From positions 170,748,001 to 170,812,000 of the forward strand of contig OX597817.1 in assembly GCA_951406725.2 (NCBI GenBank): a stretch of 64,000 nucleotides of DNA. The letters are read 5' to 3'. Position 1 is the stretch's first letter; each line of letters opens with the position of its first letter. The translations under genes and the position numbers were made by a program. This document shows positions 54,043-64,000 of this stretch, in pieces. The DNA is from Octopus vulgaris. Its lineage: Eukaryota. The notes beneath the pieces are model-generated. The model was given only the letters and a program-made list of their open reading frames with translations. It made no database searches and was not told the origin of the DNA.

Positions 54043-55491
54043 ACAGAGGAATTCAAGAATACTGCCTCTATGCTGATGACTTTGCTCTCATAGCAGAATC
54101 ACTACCAGAACTAGAGAAGAAATTTCAGGTGTGGAAGCAAGGTTTAGAATCGAAGGGCCTTAAAGTCAATGTTGCCAAAACCAAAGTCCTAGTAAGTAGG
54201 AAGGCAAACAAATCACAAACCCCTTCAGGTATATGGCCCTGCTTGATCTGTAAAAAAGGTGTAGGGAAAAACTCCATAAGATATACACAGTGTAAGCTAT
54301 GGATGCATAAGAGGTGAACTGGCATGATACCTTTTGTGTGCAGCAGATGCACAGGGGCAATAAACACCGCAGATGCTCAGAAAATGGATTTCATCACATG
54401 CCAGGGAGAGAAACTAGAAGTAGTTGATAGCTTCCGCTAGCTAGGTGACCAAGTCTGTAGTGGGGGTGGATGCTCAGAGAGCATTGCCACTTGAATAAGA
54501 ATAGCCTGAGCAAAGTTCAGAAAGCTCCTACCTCTACTGGTGACAAAGGGCCTCTTGCTCAGAGTGAAAGGTAGACTGTATGATGCATGTGCATGAACTG
54601 CTGAAGACATGTGTAAGCTTGAAAGAAATGAAGCTAGTATGATCCGCTGGATGTGTAATGTTAGTGTGCACACACAACACAGTTTAAGCACCATGAGAGA
54701 AATGTTAGTCATAAGAAGCATCAGATGTGGCGTGCAAGAGAGACGATTGCACTGGTATGGTCATGTGCTATGTATGGATGAGGAGAGCTGTGTGAAGAAG
54801 TGTCACTCCATAACAGTGGAAGGAACCCATGGAAGACATGGGATGAGGTGGTGAAGCATGACCTTCGAACGTTGGGCCTCACATAAACAATGACAAGAGA
54901 CCGAGACCTCTGGAGATATGCTGTGATTGAGAAGACCCAGCAAGTAAAGTGAGATCACAACTGTAGTCTATACAAGTATCACATAACCAGCCCATTTAAA
55001 AAGTATCTTTGAATTGTCAAGCGACATGTCATGCTTAAGGAGACCCATTGAGTCAAGTAATATCATAAATCAAAAATCAAAAATCAAATCACAATCAAAA
55101 ATGGAAATTGTAGTTGTGGCCTATGCCAGTGTCGCCTGACTGGCTCCCCATGCTGGTGGAATGTAAAAAGTACCGTCTGAATGTGGTCAATGTCAGCGTC
55201 CTCACCGCAACTGGCTCCTGTGCTGGTAGCACGTGAAAAACAGCATTTGAATGTGGCCGATGCAGTGCCGCCTGACTGGCTCCCATGCCGCTGACACATA
55301 AAATGCACCCGCTACACTCTCAGAGTAGTTGGCGCTAGGAAGGGCATCCAGCAGTAGAAACATTCCCAGATCAGATTGGAGCTTGGTGTGACCTCCTATC
55401 TTGCCAGTCCCCAGTCAAACCGTCCAACCGTCCAGCAGCATGGAAAATGGATGTTAAACGATGGTGGTGATGATGATGATGATGATGATGT

Positions 55492-55529
<38 letters not shown>

Positions 55530-55551
55530 TTGATGATGATGGTGATGATGA
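54043..55551 (+). mobile_element. 5'-truncated RTE-clade LINE with complete 3' UTR and (GAT)n tail
   Basis: LYADDFALIAES...GLKVNVAKTKVL, ERNEASMIRWMC, RRLHWYGHV; stops and deletions present. The 3' UTR equals repeat family B. Confidence 0.9.
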
Positions 55552-55890
55552 TATTTACAAATTAAAATCTAGAAAATGGAGAACTAGTGTTAATATAATT
55601 TAATTAACTGCAAAAATTCAACATGTTCCCTTACAATATTAGTAATTAAATGAGTATCAGCTTATTGAGATGTTTTGGAAGAATAACATGTTACTAACCT
55701 AAAGATATGTCTTTTTTACTTTTTTTACTCCTCTGACAAGATTTTTCCCCCAATGAATGTCTTAAATATTGGGACTTAATTCATTTGGGCAATATCGAAA
55801 CAGCTGTAAGGGAACATGTTGAATTTTTGCAGTTAATAAATTACATTAATGCTACTTCTCTGTTTTCTGGATTTTAATTTGAATATTTAT
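55551..55890. mobile_element. Inverted-repeat element with long-stem-II hammerhead motif
   Basis: 55551-55635 is inverted at 55805-55888; tcct-CTGACAA-[hairpin]-GAAAC-agct-GTA-aggg at 55729-55812. Confidence 0.6.
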
Positions 55891-56058
55891 AAACAAAGTT
55901 TTAGGCTTAAACCTATTTCTTTATGAATATTACTATTCACAACAAAATAATAGGTAACAAACCAGTAATTCATTGGATATTTTCTATCCCTTAATGAGGT
56001 TATTTTAACCCCTGTTTAAACTTATATATGTGTGTGTATGTGTGTGTATGTATATGTA

Positions 56059-56100
<42 letters not shown>

Positions 56101-56335
56101 TAAGTATGCATGTATGTGTGCATGTTCATACGTAGACAGATACTTATGTTTGTTCCTTCTCAAGCCATACCTGGCTCATAAGGGCTGGTTTGCTATTTTA
56201 CCTATGTGAGTTACAGATAGTATTATCTGTGGAGTCATATTTTGTAGCGTAAAGAAATAACAATCTTTTGGCTGCTATTTCTAAATTTTCGGTATGTGGT
56301 GAAGCAACTTGTTGCTAAACCATTAATCATTGTTA

Positions 56336-56461
<126 letters not shown>

Positions 56462-56471
56462 ATATATACAT

Positions 56472-56890
56472 ATAGGCGCAGGAGTGGCTGTGTGGTAAGT
56501 AGCTTGCTAACCAACCGCATGGTTCCGGGTTCAGTCCCACTGCGTGGCATCTTGGGCAAGTGTCTTCTGCTATAGCCCCAGGCCGACCAATGCTTTGTGA
56601 GTGGATTTGGTAGACGGAAACTGAAAGAAGCCTGTCGTATATATGTATATATATATATGTATGTGTGTGTTTGTGCGTCTGTGTTTGTCCCCCTAGCATT
56701 GCTTGACAACCGATGCTGGTGTGTTTACGTCCCCGTCACTTAGTGGTTTGGCAAAAGAGACCGATAGAATAAGTACTGGGCTTACAAAGAATAAGTCCCG
56801 GGGTCGATTTGCTCGACTAAAGGCGGTGCTCCTGCATGGCCGCAGTCAAATGACTGAAACAAGTAAAAGAGTAAAAGAGAGTAAAGAGTA
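56472..56890 (+). mobile_element. SINE family A (young)
   Basis: Near-consensus, CpG-rich copy. Confidence 0.92.
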
Positions 56891-57012
56891 TATACATATA
56901 TATATGTATATGTAAATACATACATACATACATACATACATACATACATACATACATACATACATGCATGCATGCATACATACACACACACATGCATACA
57001 TACATACATACA

Positions 57013-57048
<36 letters not shown>

Positions 57049-57595
57049 CATATATATATACACATATATATGTATATATATATAAGATAAATTCATGCCA
57101 AAATTTAAATGAATGAGCAGAGAATATTTTGAGTTTGTGCCAATCTAAATACAAACTTCATTGATGCTACATTGCAGTGAGTTTTTGCAATAACTCTTCT
57201 CTCAGATCAGATATAGATATCAATCTGTTTCAATTGAAATGTTAATCTCCACAATATGTTACCAGTTTTCAGTAATAAGTCATTATCCAATTAGCTTTGT
57301 ATAAAATCAGACTTCTATTAATGTCGAACATAACAAAGATTTTTCCATCATGATTTGATGAAGTAAATGAGCATATAGTGAAAGGAAGAGTTCAGTAAGG
57401 GCAGACAGACATTTATTTCTAATTCAGAAGATGTGAAGAAGCAAATTGTTTTTGTTTCAAATGGTACCCTGTTGGCCCAGCAAGCAATACACATGTGAGT
57501 GGATTTTTGGTCAGGAAGTTTGTAAAACTTTTTAAACTCTTTTTATACCAATCTGTTTGAAACCATCCCTGATTCTATGATAGTGATATAGATTA

Positions 57596-57986
57596 CTAGC
57601 AGTATCGCCCAGCGTTGCTCGGGTTTGTTTCGACCCTTTAGAATTGGAATTTTTGAAAAGTAAAAATTTTGCATTATGCAACTTGTTATTCTCTTTAAGT
57701 GAACAGTTTTCTAGTTGAAATACACTGAAAAATGGCGATACAGCAGTAAAAAAATCATAAAAATAGGGATTTTCATAGAAAAAAGGCACCTTTTTGATGT
57801 AAATAATTTTTGGTGTTAACATGGTCCGATTTGAATTTTTTCTTCTACAGAAGGAAGAGCAAGCCTTCTTCTATCATACTCTCAATTTTGATCAACTTGC
57901 ACAGCAGGGTCTCGGAGGAGATAGTGTTAGTTGAAGGCTACCAAACCTGCCATACACAGACAACTTCAGCTTTATATATATAGAGA
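57596..57986 (-). mobile_element. Non-autonomous Helitron with a different internal sequence
   Basis: Same 3' end (aaacccgagcaacgctgggcgatactgCTAG|T) and similar 5' end (TCTCTATATATATAAAG..gaagttgt); the interior is unrelated to 21050-21450. Confidence 0.85.
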
Positions 57987-58040
57987 TAACCTTCCAGCAA
58001 AATTTCATATTTAATTCATGTTCCAAACACCAAGGTCATT

Positions 58041-58073
<33 letters not shown>

Positions 58074-58088
58074 GTTTAACGTCCACTC

Positions 58089-58199
58089 CGCAGGAGTGGC
58101 TGTGTGGTAAGTAGCTTGCTAACCAACCACATGGTTCCGGGTTCAGTCCCACAAGCCTTGTGAGTGGATTTGGTGGACGGAAACTGAAAGAAGCCTGTC

Positions 58200-58239
<40 letters not shown>

Positions 58240-58450
58240 ATGTGTTTGTGTGTCTGTGTTTGTCCCCCCCCCCCCAACATCGCTTGACAACCGATGCTGG
58301 TGTGTTTATGTCCCTGTCACTTAGTGGTTCGGCAAAAGAGACCAATAGAATAAGTACTGGGCTTACAAAGAATAAGTCCCGGGGTTGATTTGCTCGACTA
58401 AAGGCGGTGCTCCAGCATGGCTGCAGTCAAATGACTGAAACAAGTAAAAA
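58089..58450 (+). mobile_element. SINE family A with internal deletion
   Basis: gtccca joins directly to caagccttgtgag. Confidence 0.88.
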
Positions 58451-58537
58451 GAAAAAAAAAAGAAAAAAAGAAAAAGAAAAAGAAAAGAGACCTGTATGAG
58501 TAGTGCCAAAGATAAAAATAAGTGCTGGGTTCAATTT

Positions 58538-58672
58538 CAGTTCTATATTTAAGAGATGAGGAATTATGTACATTATTTACATTATTTACAATATTTACAT
58601 TATTTACATTCGACGGAAACAAGATGAGGACAAATATCTGTCGAATGTAAATAATGTAAATAATGTAAATAA
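58538..58672. mobile_element. Collapsed palindromic copy of the 28170-31306 terminal arms with 12-bp TSD
   Basis: tgggttcaattt at 58526-58537 and 58673-58684; the arms match 28275-28315 and 31251-31300. Confidence 0.8.
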
Positions 58673-59229
58673 TGGGTTCAATTTGTTTGACCAAGTTCTT
58701 CAAGCTTGTGCTGTAGCATGACCACGGTCCAATGACCAAAAATGCGCAAGAGATTAACGATAGAAGCTCATTATTTTTAAAATTAATTGAAAGAAAGATG
58801 ATATATTTCAGCTGTAAAATGGTAATGAAAGAGTTAAATCGCAAATTGACATTTAGAAAAATAAAATTGATTACTTAATACATCAAATTAAGATATGATA
58901 TCTTTCTATGTCCAACATTGATGGAAGAGGTTTGACTTTTTAGCAGAACTATGTGGCTGATAAATTAACATTGAAGTCAATGATGTTATCAAAGAGATAA
59001 ATGTTCGGTTAAAGATGACAGGAATGTATATAGCTAATTTGAGGAAAAATGTAATGGAGGTTAGCTTATAGGATGTAATTGGTTGCATGTTCACTCAGGA
59101 AGTGAAAGATTTTGTTATTAGATTCACATCTTTGTTTTTGTTGTTCATTTTTAACTACCATGTGTTATACAGAATGCGTGTGTATCTATATGCTTTGAAT
59201 GCGTGTGTATCTATATATACATATATACA

Positions 59230-59585
<356 letters not shown>

Positions 59586-59684
59586 AGCTAGTTAGCTAAC
59601 TGTAGGTAGGTGGGTGCACATGTAGGTGTGTATGCTTGTGTGTGTTCAATTCATTGAATCAAAGGCAGTGCGTTTCATCAGAAA

Positions 59685-60078
59685 TCTTTATATATAAAAG
59701 TTAAGTTGTGTGTCTGTCTCCTACGATTTAGATTCCTAACTACTCCCACATTTTGCGGTGCAGTTTAACCAAAACCGGGTATCTTATAGTCGTGATTCAT
59801 ATCGAGCCCTTCTGGGTATTAGTGCGCATCTACGATGAGTCTACGATTTAAAAAAAATTTACTATCATTTTTTTCCATTTTAATGCATTTTTTCGCTATT
59901 ATATAAGGGAAGTAACTCTCTAAAAATGTCTACGATGAGTCAACGATTTAAAAATAATTTACCATCATTTTTCCCATTTTTAATGCATTTTTTTGCTATT
60001 TTTTGGCTATAACTCTCTAAAAATGCTTATATAGTTATTTCCCTTACAAACCCGAGCAATGCCGGGCGATACTGCTAG
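59685..60078 (+). mobile_element. Non-autonomous Helitron
   Basis: Close match to 21050-21450; TC...CTAG ends. Confidence 0.9.
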
Positions 60079-60211
60079 AATAACAATAAATGAGTTAAGA
60101 GTATTTTTGTTTCACAATTTGATATTTTATTCATGATTTCTCTGTCTGGATAATGTGTGAACCCAACTGAACACAAGAAGAGTATCTTGCCTGTTTTTCC
60201 CATTCCCAACC

Positions 60212-60396
60212 TCTTTACTCTCTTTACTCTTTTACTCTTTTACGTGTTTCAGTCATTTGACTGTGGCCATGCTGGAGCACCACCTTTAGTCGAGCTAATC
60301 GACCCCAGGACTTATTCTTTGTAAGCCTAGTACTTATTCTATTGGTCTCTTTTGCCGAACCACTAAGTTAAGGGGATGTAAACACACCAGCATTGG
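60212..60396 (-). mobile_element. SINE family A, 3' half
   Basis: Tail match. Confidence 0.85.
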
Positions 60397-60498
60397 TGGC
60401 CCAGTAGGTATGGGTGTTGAGAAGTAGTAATATAACACATAGATGGTGGTTTCAGGTCTCTTCCAGAAATTACAAGAGATCTAGTTAAAATTTTTTAT

Positions 60499-60852
60499 TC
60501 ATCATCATCATCATCATCATCATTTAGCATCCGTTTTCCATGTTAGCATGGGTTGGACGGTTCAGCTGGGGTCTGTGAAGCCAGAAGGCTGCATCAGGCC
60601 CAGACTGATCTGGCAGTGTTTCTACGGCTGGATTCCCTTCCTAACGCCAACCACTCCGTGAGTGTAGTGGGTGCTTTTTACGTGCCACCCGCACAGGAGC
60701 CAGACGGAGCTGGCAAACGGCCACGAACGGATGGTGCTTTTATGTGCCACCGGCATGGAGGCCAGTCGGGGGGGGCGCTGGCAATGGCCACGAACGGATG
60801 GTGCTTTTTACGTGTCACTGGCGCGGAGGACAGTCGGGGCGGCGCTGGCACA
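60499..60852 (-). mobile_element. RTE 3' UTR copy (family B)
   Basis: (cat)n tail, cccttcctaacgccaaccactcc, and three gtgcttttt(a/t).gtg units. Confidence 0.85.
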
Positions 60853-60939
60853 AGCAACAAAATTTCTTTCAATAATTTCTTTCTCTTAAGCATGACACAC
60901 TCGTCAGGTACATACACAAAACAAATTGGCATATCAATA

Positions 60940-61368
60940 TTATTGATTTACAATAATATATACTCTATTTAAAGCGACTAAACCTAAACAATTGACTGAA
61001 AAAAGATGGGCCAAACCACTAGGAATTAAACATGACATCAATGCTTACATGGCTCTGTATGCACCCAATTCACCCACATAGCCCACCCACCAATTACAGC
61101 CCTTCTTACTGTAAAGGCAATTTTAGTCTACTCTTTTACTCTTTTACTTGTTTCAGTCATTTGACTGTGGCCATGCTGGAGCACCACCTTTAGTTGAGCA
61201 AATCAACCCCTGGACTTATTCTTTGTAAGCCTAGTACTTATTCTATCGATCTCTTTTGCCAAACCGCTAAGTTACGGTGACGTAAACACACCAGCATCGG
61301 TTGTCAAGCAAAGTTGGGGGACAAACACAGACACAGAAACATATACACACACACACGCACGCACGCAC

Positions 61369-61406
<38 letters not shown>

Positions 61407-62180
61407 CACATATATATACGACAGGCTTCTTTCAGTTTCCATCTACCAAATCCACTCACATGGCTTTGGTCAGCACAAGGCTATAGTAGAAGACACTTGC
61501 CCACGGTGCCATGCAGTGGGACTGAACCTGGAACCATGTGGTTAGTAAGCAAGCTACTTACCACACAGCCACTCCTACGCCTAGAATATATATTAATAAA
61601 TTTGTAAACAAACTCGAAGGCAGTAAATTATGGAGAAGTGTGACACACATAGGTCCTTTCTAATAATAACTATGTGGGTGAGTTGGGTGCGTACGGAGCC
61701 GTGTAAGCACTGATGTCAATGTTCAATTCCCAATGGTTTTTTCAGTCACTTCTTTAGGTTTAGTTGCTTTAAATGTAGTATATGTTATTGTAAATAATAT
61801 ATAATCATAGTTATTATTAAAATGGAGCCATATGTGTCACTCTTCTCCGTAATTTACAGCCTTCAGGGGTTTGTTTACAAATTCATGAATATATATTCTA
61901 GACTAAAATTATCTATACATTAAGACTGACTGAAATTGATGAGGGGGCTGTGTGGTCGAATTGGGTGCATAGAGAGCCATGTAAGTATTGATGTTGTGTT
62001 AAATTCCCAGTGGTTCAGCCCATCATTTTTCAGTCCTTTGTTTAGGTTTAGTTGCTTTAAATGGAGCATATATTATTATGAATAATATATGGTCATAGTT
62101 ATTATTAAAAAGGACCTATGGGTGTCACTCTCCTCCATAATTTACTGCTTTCAGGCTTGCTTATAAATTTATAAATATAT
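60940..62180. repeat. About 290-bp unit: one inverted copy (split by a SINE) plus about 2 direct copies
   Basis: ttaggtttagttgctttaaat at about 61754 and 62042; its inverse tttaaagcgactaaacctaaa at about 60968. Confidence 0.8.
61130..61583 (-). mobile_element. SINE family A
   Basis: Full match; the empty site is visible in the inverted paralogous unit (61890-61912). Confidence 0.9.
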
Positions 62181-62372
62181 ACTCTTTTACTTGTTTCAGT
62201 CATTTGACAGTGGCCATGCTGGAGCACCGCCTTTAGTCGAGCAGATCGACCCCAGGACTTATTCTTTGTAAGCCTAGTATTTATTCTATCGGTCTCTTTT
62301 GCCAAACCGCTAAGTTACGGGAATGTAAACACACCAGCATCAATTGTCAAGCAATGTTGGAGGACAAACACC

Positions 62373-62432
<60 letters not shown>

Positions 62433-62520
62433 CTTATATACGACAGGCTTCTTTCAGTTTCCGTCTACCAAATCCACTCACAAGGCTTTGGTCGGCCCCG
62501 AGGGTGTAGTAGAAGACACT
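62181..62520 (-). mobile_element. SINE family A, 5'-truncated
   Basis: Match to tail and core. Confidence 0.88.
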
Positions 62521-62891
62521 TAGCTGGGTTCAATGTGATACCATAAAGGAAAAATTCAGTTGTCACTAAGTGTGACTAAGAATGCAATTTAGTCATACTT
62601 ACGTTGCTAGAAATAAGAGTTAAAATACTCTTAATGCTGTAGGAAGAGTGCATATGCATACATATATATGGAATAACAGCACTAAGCAATGATGTGTATA
62701 AATACAAACTTGTATTTTGGCTATGGAGAATATTTCTGTCAGCAGTGAGATATTTTCTCCATGACAAAATACAGTGAAGGGATTTCTCACAGATTCAAAT
62801 AAGCTTCAAGCGTATTTGAACTGGTAACAAGTTTGTATACACACACAGCATACATACATTGCATATGTACATACATTGCATACATACATAC

Positions 62892-62951
<60 letters not shown>

Positions 62952-62968
62952 ATATATATATATATATA

Positions 62969-63374
62969 TGGAGTGGGCGTGTCGTAAGTAGCTTGCTAAC
63001 CAACCACATGGTTCCGGGTTCAGTCCCACTGCGTGGCATCTTGGGCAAGTGTCTTCTGCTATAGCCCCGGGCCGACCAATGCCTTGTGAGTGGATTTGGT
63101 AGACGGAAACTGAAAGAAGCCTGTCGTATATATGTATATATATATGTATGTGTGTGTGTTTGTGTGTCTGTGTTTGTTTCCCTAGCATTGCTTGACAACC
63201 AATGCTGGTGTGTTTACGTCCTCCGTCACTTAGCGGTTCGGCAAAATGAGACCGATAGAATAAGTACTAGGCTTACAAAAAGAATAAGTCCTGGGGGTCG
63301 AGTTGCTTGACTAAAGGCGGTGCTCCAGCATGGCCGCAGTCAAATGACTGAAACAAGTAAAAGAGTAAAAGAGT
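62969..63374 (+). mobile_element. SINE family A
   Basis: Full match. Confidence 0.9.
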
Positions 63375-63388
63375 ATATATACATACAT

Positions 63389-63553
63389 ACTACACTCTCA
63401 GAGTGGTTGGCATTAGGAAAGACAGCCAGCTGTAGAAACTTTACCAGATCAGATTAGAGCCTGGTGCGGCCTTCTGGCTTGCCAGCCCTCAGTCAAACCG
63501 TCCAACCCATGCCAACATGGAAAGCAGACAACGATGATGAGGATGATGATGAT
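63389..63553 (+). mobile_element. RTE 3' end (family B)
   Basis: ctacactctcagagtggttggcattaggaa...ccaacccatgccaacatggaaa...(gat)n. Confidence 0.8.
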
Positions 63554-63680
63554 ATATATATATATGCATATATATAGTTGTAATAGTTGTATATGTATAT
63601 ATATGTGTGTGTGTGTGTGTATATATATATTTGTATGTATATATATATACATGCACACACATATATATGTATGCATATAT

Positions 63681-64000
63681 ACTCTTTTACACTTTTACTT
63701 GTTTCAGTCAGTTGACTGCGGACATGCTGGAGCACCACCTTTAGTCGAGCAACTCGACCCCGGGACTTATTCTTTGTAAGCCCAGTACTTATTCTATCGG
63801 TCTCTTTTGCCGAACCGCTAAGTGACGGGGACATAAACACACCAGCATCGGTTGTCAAGCAATGCTAAGGGGACAAACACAAACACACACACATATATAT
63901 GTATATACATATATACGACAGGCTTCTTTCAGTTTCCGTCTACCAAATCCACTCACAAGGCATTGGTCAGCCCAGGGCTAAAGCAGAAGACACTTGCCCA
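63681..64000 (-). mobile_element. SINE family A, cut by the window edge
   Basis: Match to tail and core. Confidence 0.9.

Overview
Eukaryotic, AT-rich, microsatellite-saturated DNA. The repeat content looks like a coleoid cephalopod (Octopus-like) genome; that is my inference from the SINE families, not a database result. I recognise no host protein-coding gene, so the window is probably intergenic or inside a large intron, and almost all listed ORFs are microsatellite or SINE read-throughs. Contents: about 18 copies of one tRNA-derived CORE-like SINE plus other SINE families; a 5'-truncated CR1-like LINE; RTE LINE remnants with many (GAT)n-tailed 3' ends; three R4/Dong-like retroelement fragments in (TAA)n arrays; a decayed Helitron with four non-autonomous relatives; mariner, Tc1 and hAT remnants; and a 5.3-kb 45-bp minisatellite. 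The most unusual signal is a set of short, microsatellite-embedded, often palindromic non-coding elements from several unrelated families that carry type I hammerhead-ribozyme motifs (Penelope pLTR / retrozyme-like). They include a U3:A8 core variant, two versions with a long stem II, and an element that joins a tRNA-like Pol III head to a hammerhead-bearing end and has been invaded by a Dong element. Most of these motifs carry mutations. All structures were folded by eye and no activity is demonstrated.
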